Assembly (NCBI GenBank): GCA_045590915.1
Contig: JAZNRX010000227.1
Coordinates: 1-53,219, forward strand
Origin: Acutalibacteraceae bacterium
Lineage (GTDB): Bacteria > Bacillota > Clostridia > Oscillospirales > Acutalibacteraceae
Direction of reading: 5' to 3'
Length of the DNA: 53,219 nt
Part shown: in pieces, positions 17,954 through 27,692 of the stretch
How the letters are laid out: each line of letters opens with the position of its first letter
How positions within the stretch are numbered: the stretch's first letter is position 1
The notes under the pieces: generated by a model
What the model was told of the DNA's origin: nothing
Databases searched by the model: none
The model's input: the letters and a program-made list of their open reading frames with translations, nothing else
Position numbers and translations under genes: made by a program

Positions 17954-19723
17954 TTACAGCTTAATATTTTCGTTTATACGCTTCATAAGGTCAATGTCAA
18001 CCTTGACAATTCTTCTGTCATAGGTGAGAAGTCCGTTTGTCTCATCTTCAACGTCACTGACCTCTGTATAAACAAGAGCAGAAAGTCCTTTTTTATGAAT
18101 AAGGGGCTGAATTCTCTTGAGATAGAGATGCTCAAGTGCCTTTTCAAGAGCATCCTTTGACTTATATATTCTATAGCCGAAGGTCTTGTCTGCATTGAAG
18201 CGATGTCCGTCTATTGACATTGAATAACCGCCGAACTCAGTGAGTGCCACAGCTCTTTCATCATCCTTGCCGTATTTCGGGAAAATGAAGGGAGTGAAAT
18301 AAATATGGAAGCTGTTAAGGTCGCCTGCACCCTGATCGTGCCAGCCGGAAGCGTGGTCAATAATTCTTGTGTTGTCAAGGCTTCTGAAATAATCTGTTGC
18401 CTTAACGGAGTCAAACTGTCCCCATCCCTCATTGAAGGGTACCCAAAGACATATGGAAACACTGTTATAAAGAGTGTCAATCATTCGCTTTGCATCGGTG
18501 TAATATTCCTCTCTGCCCTTTTTGTCAAGACGGGAGAAAAGCTTATAATTTTCACTTGTGTCCTTGACTCCCAAGGTCTTTTTGAGACCTGTGGCAAGAG
18601 CGAAGGCGGGAAGAATTGTGGTTGCGGCATTGTTATATACATCGCCGCCGTTAATCATATCCTGCCATACAAGCATTCCCAGCCTGTCACAGTGATAATA
18701 CCAACGAAGAGGCTCAATCTTGATGTGCTTGCGAAGCATATTGAAACCCATTTCCTTCATTGTGGCAATATCATAAATGAGAGCCTCATCAGACGGTGCG
18801 GTGTACATACCGTCACTCCAATAGCCCTGATCAAGAAGTCCGTTCTGGAAATAGGGCTCGTTATTGAGCATAAGACGGGTAAAGCCCTCACTGTCCTTTC
18901 CGATGCCGAACTTTCTCATACCGAAATAGCTTCTGACCTCGTCATTACCGCAGGTGATTTTAAGGTCATAGAGCTTGGGATTTTCGGGAGTCCACTTTTC
19001 ATAGGAATTAAGCTTAAGCACTGCAGTGTCACCTGAACACTCGGCACTTGCAACAGCCTCACCGTTATCATATGCGGTAACACAGATACCCTTATTCTCA
19101 CCCTCTGTAAGCACTTCGACCTTGAGAATGTCACTGTCTATGTCGGGGGTGAGTTTAATTGATTTTATATAGCTTTCGGGAACTTCCTCAAGCCACACTG
19201 TCTGCCATATACCCGACTGTGGTGTATACCAAATGTTACCTCTCTTTGAGGTCTGCTTGCCCGATGCCTGTGAGCCCTTTTCCGAGGGATCCGTAACCTT
19301 AAGTGTAATTTCGTTTTCACCGTCTTTTATAACTCTTGTTATATCAACGCTGAATGGGAAATAACCGCCGAAATGTGTGCCGAAATGCGTGCCGTTTACA
19401 TTAACCTCACATTTATAGTCAACTGCACCGAAGTGAAGAAGCACTCTGTCTGCGGTCTTTTTAAAGCTGAATTTCTTTCTGTAATAAAGCGTATCGTCGG
19501 GTGTTACATTTCTTTCAACACCGCTTAAAATACATTCGGGACTGAAAGGAACAATAATCTCCCCTTCATAGCCTTTGAATTCATCCCTTGTGGGATAAAT
19601 TGCATAATCCCATTTTCCGTTAAGGCAGATAAAGGAGTCTCTTTGCATCTGCGGACGGGGATAATCGTTAAGGGGCATTTCCTTGTTAAGATTTTCGCCC
19701 CATGGGGTAAGAAGCTTTTCCAT
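17954..19723 (-). CDS. Glycoside hydrolase family 2 (beta-galactosidase/beta-glucuronidase-type)
   Basis: 589 aa with an N-terminal sugar-binding region (NGKWDYAIY), a TIM-barrel segment (MLRKHIKIEP, WQDMINGG) and the acid/base region VPFNEGWGQFD. Confidence 0.85.
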   Translation of the reverse strand: MEKLLTPWGENLNKEMPLNDYPRPQMQRDSFICLNGKWDYAIYPTRDEFKGYEGEIIVPFSPECILSGVERNVTPDDTLYYRKKFSFKKTADRVLLHFGAVDYKCEVNVNGTHFGTHFGGYFPFSVDITRVIKDGENEITLKVTDPSEKGSQASGKQTSKRGNIWYTPQSGIWQTVWLEEVPESYIKSIKLTPDIDSDILKVEVLTEGENKGICVTAYDNGEAVASAECSGDTAVLKLNSYEKWTPENPKLYDLKITCGNDEVRSYFGMRKFGIGKDSEGFTRLMLNNEPYFQNGLLDQGYWSDGMYTAPSDEALIYDIATMKEMGFNMLRKHIKIEPLRWYYHCDRLGMLVWQDMINGGDVYNNAATTILPAFALATGLKKTLGVKDTSENYKLFSRLDKKGREEYYTDAKRMIDTLYNSVSICLWVPFNEGWGQFDSVKATDYFRSLDNTRIIDHASGWHDQGAGDLNSFHIYFTPFIFPKYGKDDERAVALTEFGGYSMSIDGHRFNADKTFGYRIYKSKDALEKALEHLYLKRIQPLIHKKGLSALVYTEVSDVEDETNGLLTYDRRIVKVDIDLMKRINENIKL

Positions 19724-19725
19724 AT

Positions 19726-20403
19726 TTATTCCTCCAGACTTAATACTGCATCAATTACTTCTTCAACAAAAGAAACCTCACGGTCTGCTTTTTTTATTCC
19801 GTCAAGCCAGAAGCCGGTGGATTTCATCCATATTGTGTGCCAGCCTGCATTTCTCGCACCCTCTATATCATTTATGGGGTTGTCACCCACATATACCATT
19901 TCATCGGGAGAAAAACCGAATTTTTCTCTCATTATATCAAAAATTTCTCTGTCGGGCTTATGCACACCGTAGTCACCCGTTGCAATAATTTCATCAAAAT
20001 GCTCCGAAAGACAAAGATTATTCAGCTTCGCATATTGAAGCTTATGAGTTCCGTTTGTTATAAGCCCCGTTTTATAGCCCATCAAATGAAGCTTTTCAAA
20101 CATGGGTATTGCTTCAGGAAAGGGGACCGAAATCAATTCAAAATACTTAAAAAGAAATGCATGGTACTGCTCAAAGGAAGGCACAAGGGAAAACACTTCC
20201 TTTTTGCAAAGACTGCCGAAAACTTTTTCCCAGCCCGAATAAACACAGGTGTCATCGGCATTGCACCAGATATCCCCTATTTCCTCATCCGACATATTTT
20301 TATTTACCCGAAATTCACTTCTCAACTCAGGAACAAGGCGTTTAAGCGTGCCGTGACGGTCAAAAAGTGTGTGATCAAGGTCAAATACTACTGCTTTTAT
20401 CAT
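19726..20403 (-). CDS. HAD-superfamily hydrolase
   Basis: Motif I VVFDLDHTLFD, motif II ITNGT and motif IV YVGDNPINDIEGA. Confidence 0.85.
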   Translation of the reverse strand: MIKAVVFDLDHTLFDRHGTLKRLVPELRSEFRVNKNMSDEEIGDIWCNADDTCVYSGWEKVFGSLCKKEVFSLVPSFEQYHAFLFKYFELISVPFPEAIPMFEKLHLMGYKTGLITNGTHKLQYAKLNNLCLSEHFDEIIATGDYGVHKPDREIFDIMREKFGFSPDEMVYVGDNPINDIEGARNAGWHTIWMKSTGFWLDGIKKADREVSFVEEVIDAVLSLEE

Positions 20404-21473
20404 CTGTCAAACAACCCTTCAAAATCCTTTCCCCCACAGCTTTCAAGGGGAAGCTCAACGGGAAGTCCGGTGCTCATTGATTTATAAATTGCAAGCACAC
20501 TTTCAAGGGCACGCTTTCCTGCATGGGCATCAACATAAGGAGCTCTGTCCTTTTCTATTGCATCTTTCACATCAGCGAAAAGACTGGTGTGTCCGTTGCC
20601 GTATACATTGGCGGTCTTTTCGTGAAAGCCGTCCTTCATATCCTCGGGATTATCAAGGAATTTCCATACATCAATGGTATTTGCACTTGTTCCCCCAAGC
20701 TTCACGGCACCCTCACTTCCGATAAGGGTGAGATGCTCCTCCATATCGAAGCCGGGAACATTGACCGTACCCTCAACGGTGGCAATAACACCGTTGCTGA
20801 ATTCAAAAACCGCGGTGCCTGCATCCTCTGCCTCAATATAGGGGTGATGCTGTCTTCTTGTGGCTCCGTATACCCTCTGAAGCTCATCGCCGCACATCCA
20901 CCGAAGAAGATCAATTCCGTGAATACACTGATTCATAAGCGTTCCGCCGTCGCTTTCGAATTTTCCGCGCCAGTCTGCCTGCTTATAATAGTCCTCACCC
21001 CTGCCCCAACGAACCGTAATTGCGGCATTGGAAAGCTTTCCGAAGCGTCCCTTTTCAAGTGCCGTTCTCATTTGCTGAACAGCAATATTAAAGCGGTTCT
21101 GATGGCAGGCTGAAACCTTAACACCCATTTCCTCGGAAAGACTTATAATTTTATCGGCATCCTCAATGCTCATTGCCATGGGCTTTTCAATTATAACATT
21201 GATTTTCCGCTTTATTGCTTCAAGTGCCGCCTCGGCATGAAGACCGCTGGGAAGCGCTATGCTGACAAGCTCGGGCTTTTCAGCATCATACATCTCCGTA
21301 AACGAGCTGTATCTTCTGATGCTTTCACTGTCACAGGGGACAGCACGGGCAAACATATCGTCAATATGGGAGTTATCAATATCACAAACGGCAAGTATCC
21401 GGAAGCCGTTTTCAACAGCCGCCTTTATATGACTGGGAGACACTCTCCCGCAACCCACAAGTGCATATCTCAT
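20400..21473 (-). CDS. Gfo/Idh/MocA-family NAD(P)-dependent oxidoreductase
   Basis: N-terminal Rossmann motif MRYALVGCGRVS, plus EKPMA and a typical C-terminal alpha/beta domain. It overlaps the HAD gene start. Confidence 0.85.
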   Translation of the reverse strand: MRYALVGCGRVSPSHIKAAVENGFRILAVCDIDNSHIDDMFARAVPCDSESIRRYSSFTEMYDAEKPELVSIALPSGLHAEAALEAIKRKINVIIEKPMAMSIEDADKIISLSEEMGVKVSACHQNRFNIAVQQMRTALEKGRFGKLSNAAITVRWGRGEDYYKQADWRGKFESDGGTLMNQCIHGIDLLRWMCGDELQRVYGATRRQHHPYIEAEDAGTAVFEFSNGVIATVEGTVNVPGFDMEEHLTLIGSEGAVKLGGTSANTIDVWKFLDNPEDMKDGFHEKTANVYGNGHTSLFADVKDAIEKDRAPYVDAHAGKRALESVLAIYKSMSTGLPVELPLESCGGKDFEGLFDR

Positions 21474-21573
21474 AAGTATTCTCCAAAAAAATGTTATATA
21501 TAATTATTTTAGTATTATATATATGAACTGTCAACAGAATTTCAAAAAATCCCTTTGTGTAATATTTAAAAAG

Positions 21574-21609
21574 AAAAAAACTCCGAAGCCGAAGCTTCGG
21601 AGAATTTTT
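21574..21609. terminator. Bidirectional hairpin terminator
   Basis: CTCCGAAGC-cga-AGCTTCGGAG (21581-21602), flanked by an A-run and a T-run. Confidence 0.8.
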
Positions 21610-21615
21610 GTCTAA

Positions 21616-22539
21616 TTAGTAAACGAAGTTATAGAACTTGCAGTAGTTCCACATATGACCGGACTTGTTTTCAATCTTACCAACGATAAGCTTTGCATAA
21701 CCGATAATAATATCAACATCAGCTGTGTGGTCGATGGAAACGAACTGTCCGTCGGGAGTCATAACAGCTTCAATCTTATAGCCCTTGTAGATAACATGAA
21801 TGTCACTGAAATCTGTGAGAACCTTGTTAACAGTGCTGTCATTTCTGAGTGTATTTTCAATATCTTCCCAGTAAAGAAGAGCACCTGTAACCTGTCCAAG
21901 AACGGAGCCTTCCTTCTTGGGTGTGTCTTCATCCTGCATGATGATTGTGATTTTGTAGTTTGAGCCGTCAGCTACGCATGTTGCAGACTTAACTTTGGAA
22001 AGGTCTGTAAGTGTCCATGCTGCAATTCTTCTCATTGCATCCTCTGAGCCCTTTTCGTTAACCTGCTCTGAAGCCTGATCTTCTGTTGTCATGAAGTTAC
22101 CGAGAACACTTGTAACGATGTTGTTGATTGTTGAACCGCCGACATTAACAGCGTCAACATTCTGCCATTCCTTCTTTGTGTAACCAACCTTGCCTGCCTT
22201 GATGTCATCTACACCCTTCTTGTAGAAAGCTGTGATTTCAGCAGTTGTAGCGGGCATCTTGTTGCCTGCGGGAGCAGCAGTTGTTGCTTCACCTGAGGGA
22301 GCAGCTGTTGTTGTCTCTGTTGAGGGAGTCTGCTGAGGAGCAGCTGTTGTCTGCTCGGGAGCGGGTGTCTGTGTCTGAGCACCTGTCGAAACCTGACCGC
22401 CTACAAGACCGCTGATGTCGATGTCGTTACCGTCTTTGTCAACAAAGCGAACGTGAATTTCCTGTGTGCAAGAAGCAAAAGCAAAAAGCATGCTTGCAAC
22501 AAGAGCAAGAGCAATTACTCTGAAAACATTTTTCTTCAT
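21616..22539 (-). CDS. Lipoprotein of unknown function (paralogue 1)
   Basis: Lipobox FASC, a T/A/P-rich linker, and a roughly 200-aa domain ending ...KFYNFVY. Shares blocks with the 22696..23601 product. Confidence 0.7.
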   Translation of the reverse strand: MKKNVFRVIALALVASMLFAFASCTQEIHVRFVDKDGNDIDISGLVGGQVSTGAQTQTPAPEQTTAAPQQTPSTETTTAAPSGEATTAAPAGNKMPATTAEITAFYKKGVDDIKAGKVGYTKKEWQNVDAVNVGGSTINNIVTSVLGNFMTTEDQASEQVNEKGSEDAMRRIAAWTLTDLSKVKSATCVADGSNYKITIIMQDEDTPKKEGSVLGQVTGALLYWEDIENTLRNDSTVNKVLTDFSDIHVIYKGYKIEAVMTPDGQFVSIDHTADVDIIIGYAKLIVGKIENKSGHMWNYCKFYNFVY

Positions 22540-22695
22540 TAGGTATGTACCCCTTTCAATGTTACGGCATCAGCCGCTTGTGTTTATGCATAATATATGC
22601 AATACATCAATAATTTACAACATTAATATAGAATTGTCAAGTGACTTTATTAAAATTAACTTTAACAAAATCTGCTTTTTGCAAAAAAAGTCGGA

Positions 22696-23601
22696 TTAAT
22701 AAGAAAATTTACTGTAATTTGTTGTGGAGGTGAGGGTTATGTCAACATCGGTGTTGATGGTGACAACCTTTTTTACTGTGGCATCCTTGAGGCTCATAAC
22801 ACAGGTAACATATGTTTCATAGGATACGACCTTGCCGTCGGGAGAGAAAACCGCCTTGGCATAACAGCCGGAATATTTAACCTCAATATTCTTTCTTTCC
22901 ACGGTTGCCCCGACCTTCGGAGCATATTTATTCACAACATCGTCAACGGTTATGAAATTAAATACCTTTGCATATGCACTTTCATCCTTTGTGGGATTTT
23001 TAGCATCGGGCATAGTAACCGTAACAACATAATTTGATCCTTGCGTTGAAAGAGTTATATCCTTAATATCAGACATCTGAAGCTGTGAAACATATCTTTC
23101 GCCGTCGGGAGACATAAGCTCCACACAGGACTGTCCCTTTGAGGCATTGGAAATTTCCGTTTCCTCTGAAAGAAGAGCACCTTTTACGAAATCAACAAGA
23201 GTGTTTGCGACCTGATTTGACAGAACAATATCGGAAACCGTTGTCAGCTTTGCTCTTTCAAATGAGGGCATGGTCTCCTTTACATTATTCATATTGGTAT
23301 TGAAATAATCAAGAAGCTGAGCCTTTGTCATTTCGGTGGGAACCTTTACGGCAGGGGCAGGTGCGGCAGTTGTGCCTTCGGAATTCGGTGCCGAGGTGGT
23401 GTTTTCGGGTGCCGAGGTCAAATGCTCAGAGGTAGTCACCTCGGGAAGTGTCTCATATTCGGCTGCAGTGGTGTTTTCGGGAGCATCCGCCTGCACATCG
23501 TCCTGCTGGGGCAGAGAAATCGTAACCTTCATACATGAGGACATAAAAAGTGCGGAAAATACCAGTGTCAGCACAAGTATTGAAGAAACTGTTTTTTTCA
23601 T
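22696..23601 (-). CDS. Lipoprotein of unknown function (paralogue 2)
   Basis: Lipobox MSSC and a T/A/P/E linker. GSNYVVTVTMPDAKNPTKDES matches GSNYKITIIMQDEDTPKKEGS in paralogue 1. The ATG at 23601 has AAAGGA upstream; the ORF track starts at 23628. Confidence 0.7.
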   Translation of the reverse strand: MKKTVSSILVLTLVFSALFMSSCMKVTISLPQQDDVQADAPENTTAAEYETLPEVTTSEHLTSAPENTTSAPNSEGTTAAPAPAVKVPTEMTKAQLLDYFNTNMNNVKETMPSFERAKLTTVSDIVLSNQVANTLVDFVKGALLSEETEISNASKGQSCVELMSPDGERYVSQLQMSDIKDITLSTQGSNYVVTVTMPDAKNPTKDESAYAKVFNFITVDDVVNKYAPKVGATVERKNIEVKYSGCYAKAVFSPDGKVVSYETYVTCVMSLKDATVKKVVTINTDVDITLTSTTNYSKFSY

Positions 23602-23748
23602 AAATGGAGTTCCTTTCTTTTTTCTCATTAAATAATTTACAACATCCGTTGTTTTTTGTCAACGGAATATATATGGTATTTCTTTCTTCTTGACTGGAGC
23701 GGTGTTTATATATATAATTACATATAGTAATACGAAAGGAACGATGAT

Positions 23749-25044
23749 GTGAAAAAGTATATTTCGGCAATACTGATTGCTTCCCTTCTTTTTTCACTTA
23801 AAATATCCGTTTTCGCCTTTGAAATAAAAAATCAGATAATTCCCGCACCCGTTATTACGCAGTTTTCGGAAGACTTCACGGAGGAAGAAAAAGCATACAT
23901 CTTTTCCTTCACCGATAACCTTTCCGATGCGGAGGAATTAAGAGAGCTTATATATTCCGTGGCATTGGATGAATTCGGAAGCGTTGACAGGCTTCTTTCA
24001 TCAAATCAGAGCTATCTTGCCGCAAAAACGGAAAATTACTGTCAGATAAGCGTTTCGGACTCGGAATGGTATACCTTAAAGGCAGTTCCGAACACCTTTT
24101 CACTTTCCTTTTTCGGTGAAATTCTCCCCGCCCTCAGAAATGCCGGAAAAGATTTATCCTCTCTCACCGACGGATTTTCCCTTAATGTGAGAATTCTCAC
24201 AGCCTCGGAGAATTTCAGAGAGGAAAATGTGAAGACGGTTTATGTTTATACCGCCTCCGAAGTAAAAGAAATCTCCTGTCCCTCCTTCTGTTACATAATA
24301 ACGGACATCCCCGAGGATGCGGTTTTCTCCGAAGAATTCAGCATTGACGGATTCTTCAATTCCCCCGTCAAAGAGGACATTCTCCTCCCCGTTCCCGAAA
24401 GAGAGGGCTATAATTTTGACGGCTGGTCCCTTGAGGATGATAAAAGAATAAATGTCATTCCCAAAGGCTTAAAAGCCGTAAATCTCAAATCCCACTGGCT
24501 TCCCAAGGTTTATGAAATAAACTATTTTATCACTACCTATGATACGGACAAGTCCTTTTCTCTGGGCGGTGCCGACAACAGTCACAATCCCGTGGAATAT
24601 ACCGTGGGAGAAGCTGTAAAAATCCGTGACCTGAAGCCGCCCATAGCAGGCTTCACCTTTGACGGATGGTATCTCACAAGGGATTTTTCAGGTGAGAGAA
24701 TAACCGAAATAAAAGCGGGCGAAACAGGCGACAAGCTTCTTTATGCGAAATGGCTTTCGGATAAGGACCTTGAAGAAGAAAAAGATAAAAGAAGACAGGA
24801 ATTTATAAAAAACGGTAAATTCGGCGATATAAACGACGACGGAAAAATCACCGCCGCCGATGCGAGAATTGTGCTTCGCTGTGCAGTTAAGCTTGAAGAG
24901 CCCGACTCCGAGCTCCTTAAAAGAGTTGATTACGGCAACACGGGAAAAATCTCGGCAGAAAATGCCCGAACAACACTTCGCATCTCTGTGGGACTTGACA
25001 GTCTTTACGATATTTTATTGGAAAACGGGAGACTTCCCGACTGA
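23749..25044 (+). CDS. Secreted protein with Listeria-Bacteroides-type repeats and a C-terminal dockerin-type module
   Basis: Signal peptide; GYNFDGWSL and GFTFDGWYL repeat signatures. Dockerin-type repeats are DINDDGKITAADARIVLRCAVKLEE and NTGKISAENARTTLRISVGLD. GTG start with AAAGGAA upstream. Confidence 0.7.
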   Translation: MKKYISAILIASLLFSLKISVFAFEIKNQIIPAPVITQFSEDFTEEEKAYIFSFTDNLSDAEELRELIYSVALDEFGSVDRLLSSNQSYLAAKTENYCQISVSDSEWYTLKAVPNTFSLSFFGEILPALRNAGKDLSSLTDGFSLNVRILTASENFREENVKTVYVYTASEVKEISCPSFCYIITDIPEDAVFSEEFSIDGFFNSPVKEDILLPVPEREGYNFDGWSLEDDKRINVIPKGLKAVNLKSHWLPKVYEINYFITTYDTDKSFSLGGADNSHNPVEYTVGEAVKIRDLKPPIAGFTFDGWYLTRDFSGERITEIKAGETGDKLLYAKWLSDKDLEEEKDKRRQEFIKNGKFGDINDDGKITAADARIVLRCAVKLEEPDSELLKRVDYGNTGKISAENARTTLRISVGLDSLYDILLENGRLPD

Positions 25045-25058
25045 TAAAGGACGGTAAT

Positions 25059-26579
25059 ATGAAAAAATTAATTTCTCTCATACTTGTCTCAATCCTGATA
25101 TTTTCAATGTCTCCCCTTTGCTTTGCCGCATTTTCAACAGGAAAATATAAGGTAACGGCAAGCCATGCAGATATATACTTTTCGGCAAACACCACAAGCC
25201 GCAAATTAGGTGAAATCCCGAAAAACACTTATATTGAAATAACTGAAATAAGAAACAACACCTTCGGAAAAGCCTATCTTGCATCAGAAGATATAACAGG
25301 CTGGGTGCTTCTCGAAAAGCTCACCTTTATTGAAAGCAGTGACAAGGACACAGAAATAAAGGAAATAAAAATAAAAGAGCTTCCCCTGAAGACCTTATAT
25401 GTTGACGGCATTGACGAGCTTGACCTTACGGGACTTTCTCTTGTCTCGGTTGACAAAAACGGCAAGGAAGCACCCGTTTATGAATACAGCGTCTTCGCAC
25501 CCGAGATGAAGGGTGTGGGTGAAAAAACGGTGATAATAACCTATTCTCCCGACGGCAAGCACATCTTTACAACTCAGTTCAGTGTTACCGTTGTCAGAGA
25601 GGATGCGGTAAAAATATCCGTCATCACACCGCCCGCGACCGAATATCTTGAAAACCGGCCCTTAGACCTGTCGGAATTAAAAATCCGGACTGAGTTCACC
25701 GATGCGTCAAAAAACGTGACACTGACTTATGATGAAATAATTAAAAACAGTGACTATACCATTTCGGGCTGTCATGGTGAAAAACACGGCGATGCACTGA
25801 AAAAGGGTGAGCATACAATAAGCATCAGCTATAAATATGCGGATGTCAGCTGCTCGGTCACAATAAATGTAACACCCCGAACTCTCGTCTCTCTCACCGT
25901 AAAGCAGCAGCCTCTTAATCTCACCGTTTATTCAAATGAGGAAATCCCCGTTCTTGACGGACTTATTCTTGAAGCCGTTTACGACAACGGTGAAATTGAG
26001 GATGTTTATCACTATTCCTGTGAAGCCGTATGCGAGCCCGAAAACTTCGCAATCGGTCCCGGCAATCCCGTTGAAGTGCATTTCGGCGGAAAATCCGTAA
26101 CTCTGTATTTCCGCTATTCACTTGCAGTACCCGTAAAAATCATCCTTGAATTCAAGGATAAAGATGGCAACACCGTTCCCATAACCTACTTAAAGGGTGA
26201 GGAGATTGACCTGAGCGGTATAAGAGTCCGTCTGGTTTACAGTGACGACAGCTTCGAATATATAAACGATTATAAAATGAGCTCACCCGACTATAAAATT
26301 ATGGGCTCACAGAATATAAGCGTTGAATATATGGAATTTTCAGAGGTTTTCACAATTCACATCTCCCCCTACTACAGCAAGGGTGATGTAAACGGAGACG
26401 GCAATGTCACCGCAAAGGATGCAAGAACAATTCTCCGTGCATCAGTGGGACTCACCACTCTCGGCGGACAGCTTTTCTTTGCAGGCGACACCACAAGAGA
26501 CGGCAAAATTTCCGCCGCAGATGCGAGACTTGCTCTTCGAGCCTCAGTCGGTCTCGAAAATCTCTATATAACATTGTAA
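25059..26579 (+). CDS. Secreted SH3b plus repeated Ig-like domains plus dockerin-type module protein
   Basis: Signal peptide and an SH3b-like N-terminus (YKVTASHADIYFSANTTSRKLGEIPKNTYIEI...GWVLLEKL). Several roughly 90-aa repeats follow (LDLTGL.., LDLSEL.., IDLSGI..). C-terminal repeats are DVNGDGNVTAKDARTILRASVGL and TRDGKISAADARLALRASVGLE. Confidence 0.7.
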   Translation: MKKLISLILVSILIFSMSPLCFAAFSTGKYKVTASHADIYFSANTTSRKLGEIPKNTYIEITEIRNNTFGKAYLASEDITGWVLLEKLTFIESSDKDTEIKEIKIKELPLKTLYVDGIDELDLTGLSLVSVDKNGKEAPVYEYSVFAPEMKGVGEKTVIITYSPDGKHIFTTQFSVTVVREDAVKISVITPPATEYLENRPLDLSELKIRTEFTDASKNVTLTYDEIIKNSDYTISGCHGEKHGDALKKGEHTISISYKYADVSCSVTINVTPRTLVSLTVKQQPLNLTVYSNEEIPVLDGLILEAVYDNGEIEDVYHYSCEAVCEPENFAIGPGNPVEVHFGGKSVTLYFRYSLAVPVKIILEFKDKDGNTVPITYLKGEEIDLSGIRVRLVYSDDSFEYINDYKMSSPDYKIMGSQNISVEYMEFSEVFTIHISPYYSKGDVNGDGNVTAKDARTILRASVGLTTLGGQLFFAGDTTRDGKISAADARLALRASVGLENLYITL

Positions 26580-26604
26580 ATTAAAACCGAAAGGATAAAT
26601 TATT

Positions 26605-26901
26605 ATGAGCAATAACAAAAACACTCCCATCCCCGAAGAAGAAGTACCCGTATTTGAATTTGTTGACGAGGACGGCAATGTAGAAAAGTTTGAAATCCTC
26701 GGCTTTGTGGAATATGAAGGTGTTGACTATGTGGCACTTCTTCCCGAAGGCGACGAAGAGGGCCCCGTTCACATTCTTGAGGTAATCGAGGAGCTGGATT
26801 CCGATTACGATACCTATGCAGGAATAGAGGATCAGGAGCTTGTTGACAAAATCTTCGCAAAGTTTATGGAAGAAAACAAGGACAGATTTAATTTTATATG
26901 A
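26605..26901 (+). CDS. DUF1292 family protein
   Basis: 98 aa, acidic: FEFVDEDGNVEKFEILGFVEYEGVDYVALLPEGDEE... Confidence 0.75.
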   Translation: MSNNKNTPIPEEEVPVFEFVDEDGNVEKFEILGFVEYEGVDYVALLPEGDEEGPVHILEVIEELDSDYDTYAGIEDQELVDKIFAKFMEENKDRFNFI

Positions 26902-26903
26902 AC

Positions 26904-26938
26904 ACAAGCGGAGCCCTCGGCTCCGCTTGTTCTGTTTT
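26904..26938. terminator. Bidirectional hairpin terminator
   Basis: ACAAGCGGAGCC-ctc-GGCTCCGCTTGT (26904-26930), then TCTGTTTT. Confidence 0.8.
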
Positions 26939-27611
26939 AACGGTATTTTTTCATAAGTGAGGAGAAAAGCTCCTTTGCCGACGGCGGTGTATAGGTTATG
27001 GCATTGGCTCCCGCCGCCACCGTTCTTCCTATAGTTTCGGCAGTGGGACCGCCTGTGGCAATAATGGGCACATCGGGGAATTTCTCTCTTATTTTTCTCA
27101 CAAGCTCCGGTGTTCCCTCTGCGGCGGCAACATTGAGAATAGACGCACCTGCATCCAGTCTTGCTTTTATATCCGTATCTTCACTGACCACCGTTATTAC
27201 AACAGGCACATCAACCTCTTTTGCAACGGCATAAACATTTTCATCGGACACGGGAGCATTAAGAACCACTCCGCAGGCACCCTGTGCCTCTACATCCTTT
27301 GCAAGAGTAACAGTTCTTTCTCCCTGAGTTGTTCCGCCTCCGACACCGCAGAAAACGGGAGTGTACGCCCCCTTTATAATAGACTCGGAAATTGCAACCT
27401 GAGGTGTAAAGGGATATACAGCAAAAACCGCATCGGCATCGCAGTTTCGGATTATTGCAATATCTGTTGAGAAAATAAATGTTTTTAACTTTCTTCCGAA
27501 AACATTTATTCCGCTGCACTGTCTTGCAACTTCGGGAACAGTTATGATATTATGTCTTAAACGGCTTTCATAGGACGGTATTTTGTTCTTCATTTCATTT
27601 ACATCCGACAT
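26937..27611 (-). CDS. Probable TIM-barrel (phosphate-binding) protein; specific function unknown
   Basis: 224 aa with alternating beta/alpha character and Gly-rich phosphate-loop-like segments (CGVGGGTTQG, IIATGGPT). SD is AAAGGAG. Confidence 0.4.
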   Translation of the reverse strand: MSDVNEMKNKIPSYESRLRHNIITVPEVARQCSGINVFGRKLKTFIFSTDIAIIRNCDADAVFAVYPFTPQVAISESIIKGAYTPVFCGVGGGTTQGERTVTLAKDVEAQGACGVVLNAPVSDENVYAVAKEVDVPVVITVVSEDTDIKARLDAGASILNVAAAEGTPELVRKIREKFPDVPIIATGGPTAETIGRTVAAGANAITYTPPSAKELFSSLMKKYR

Positions 27612-27692
27612 TATATTTTCTCCTTTACTGCATTCTTTTTTTGCATTCTATCATAAAGCCTTTGTATAATCAAACCGAAAAGAGACCTTATT

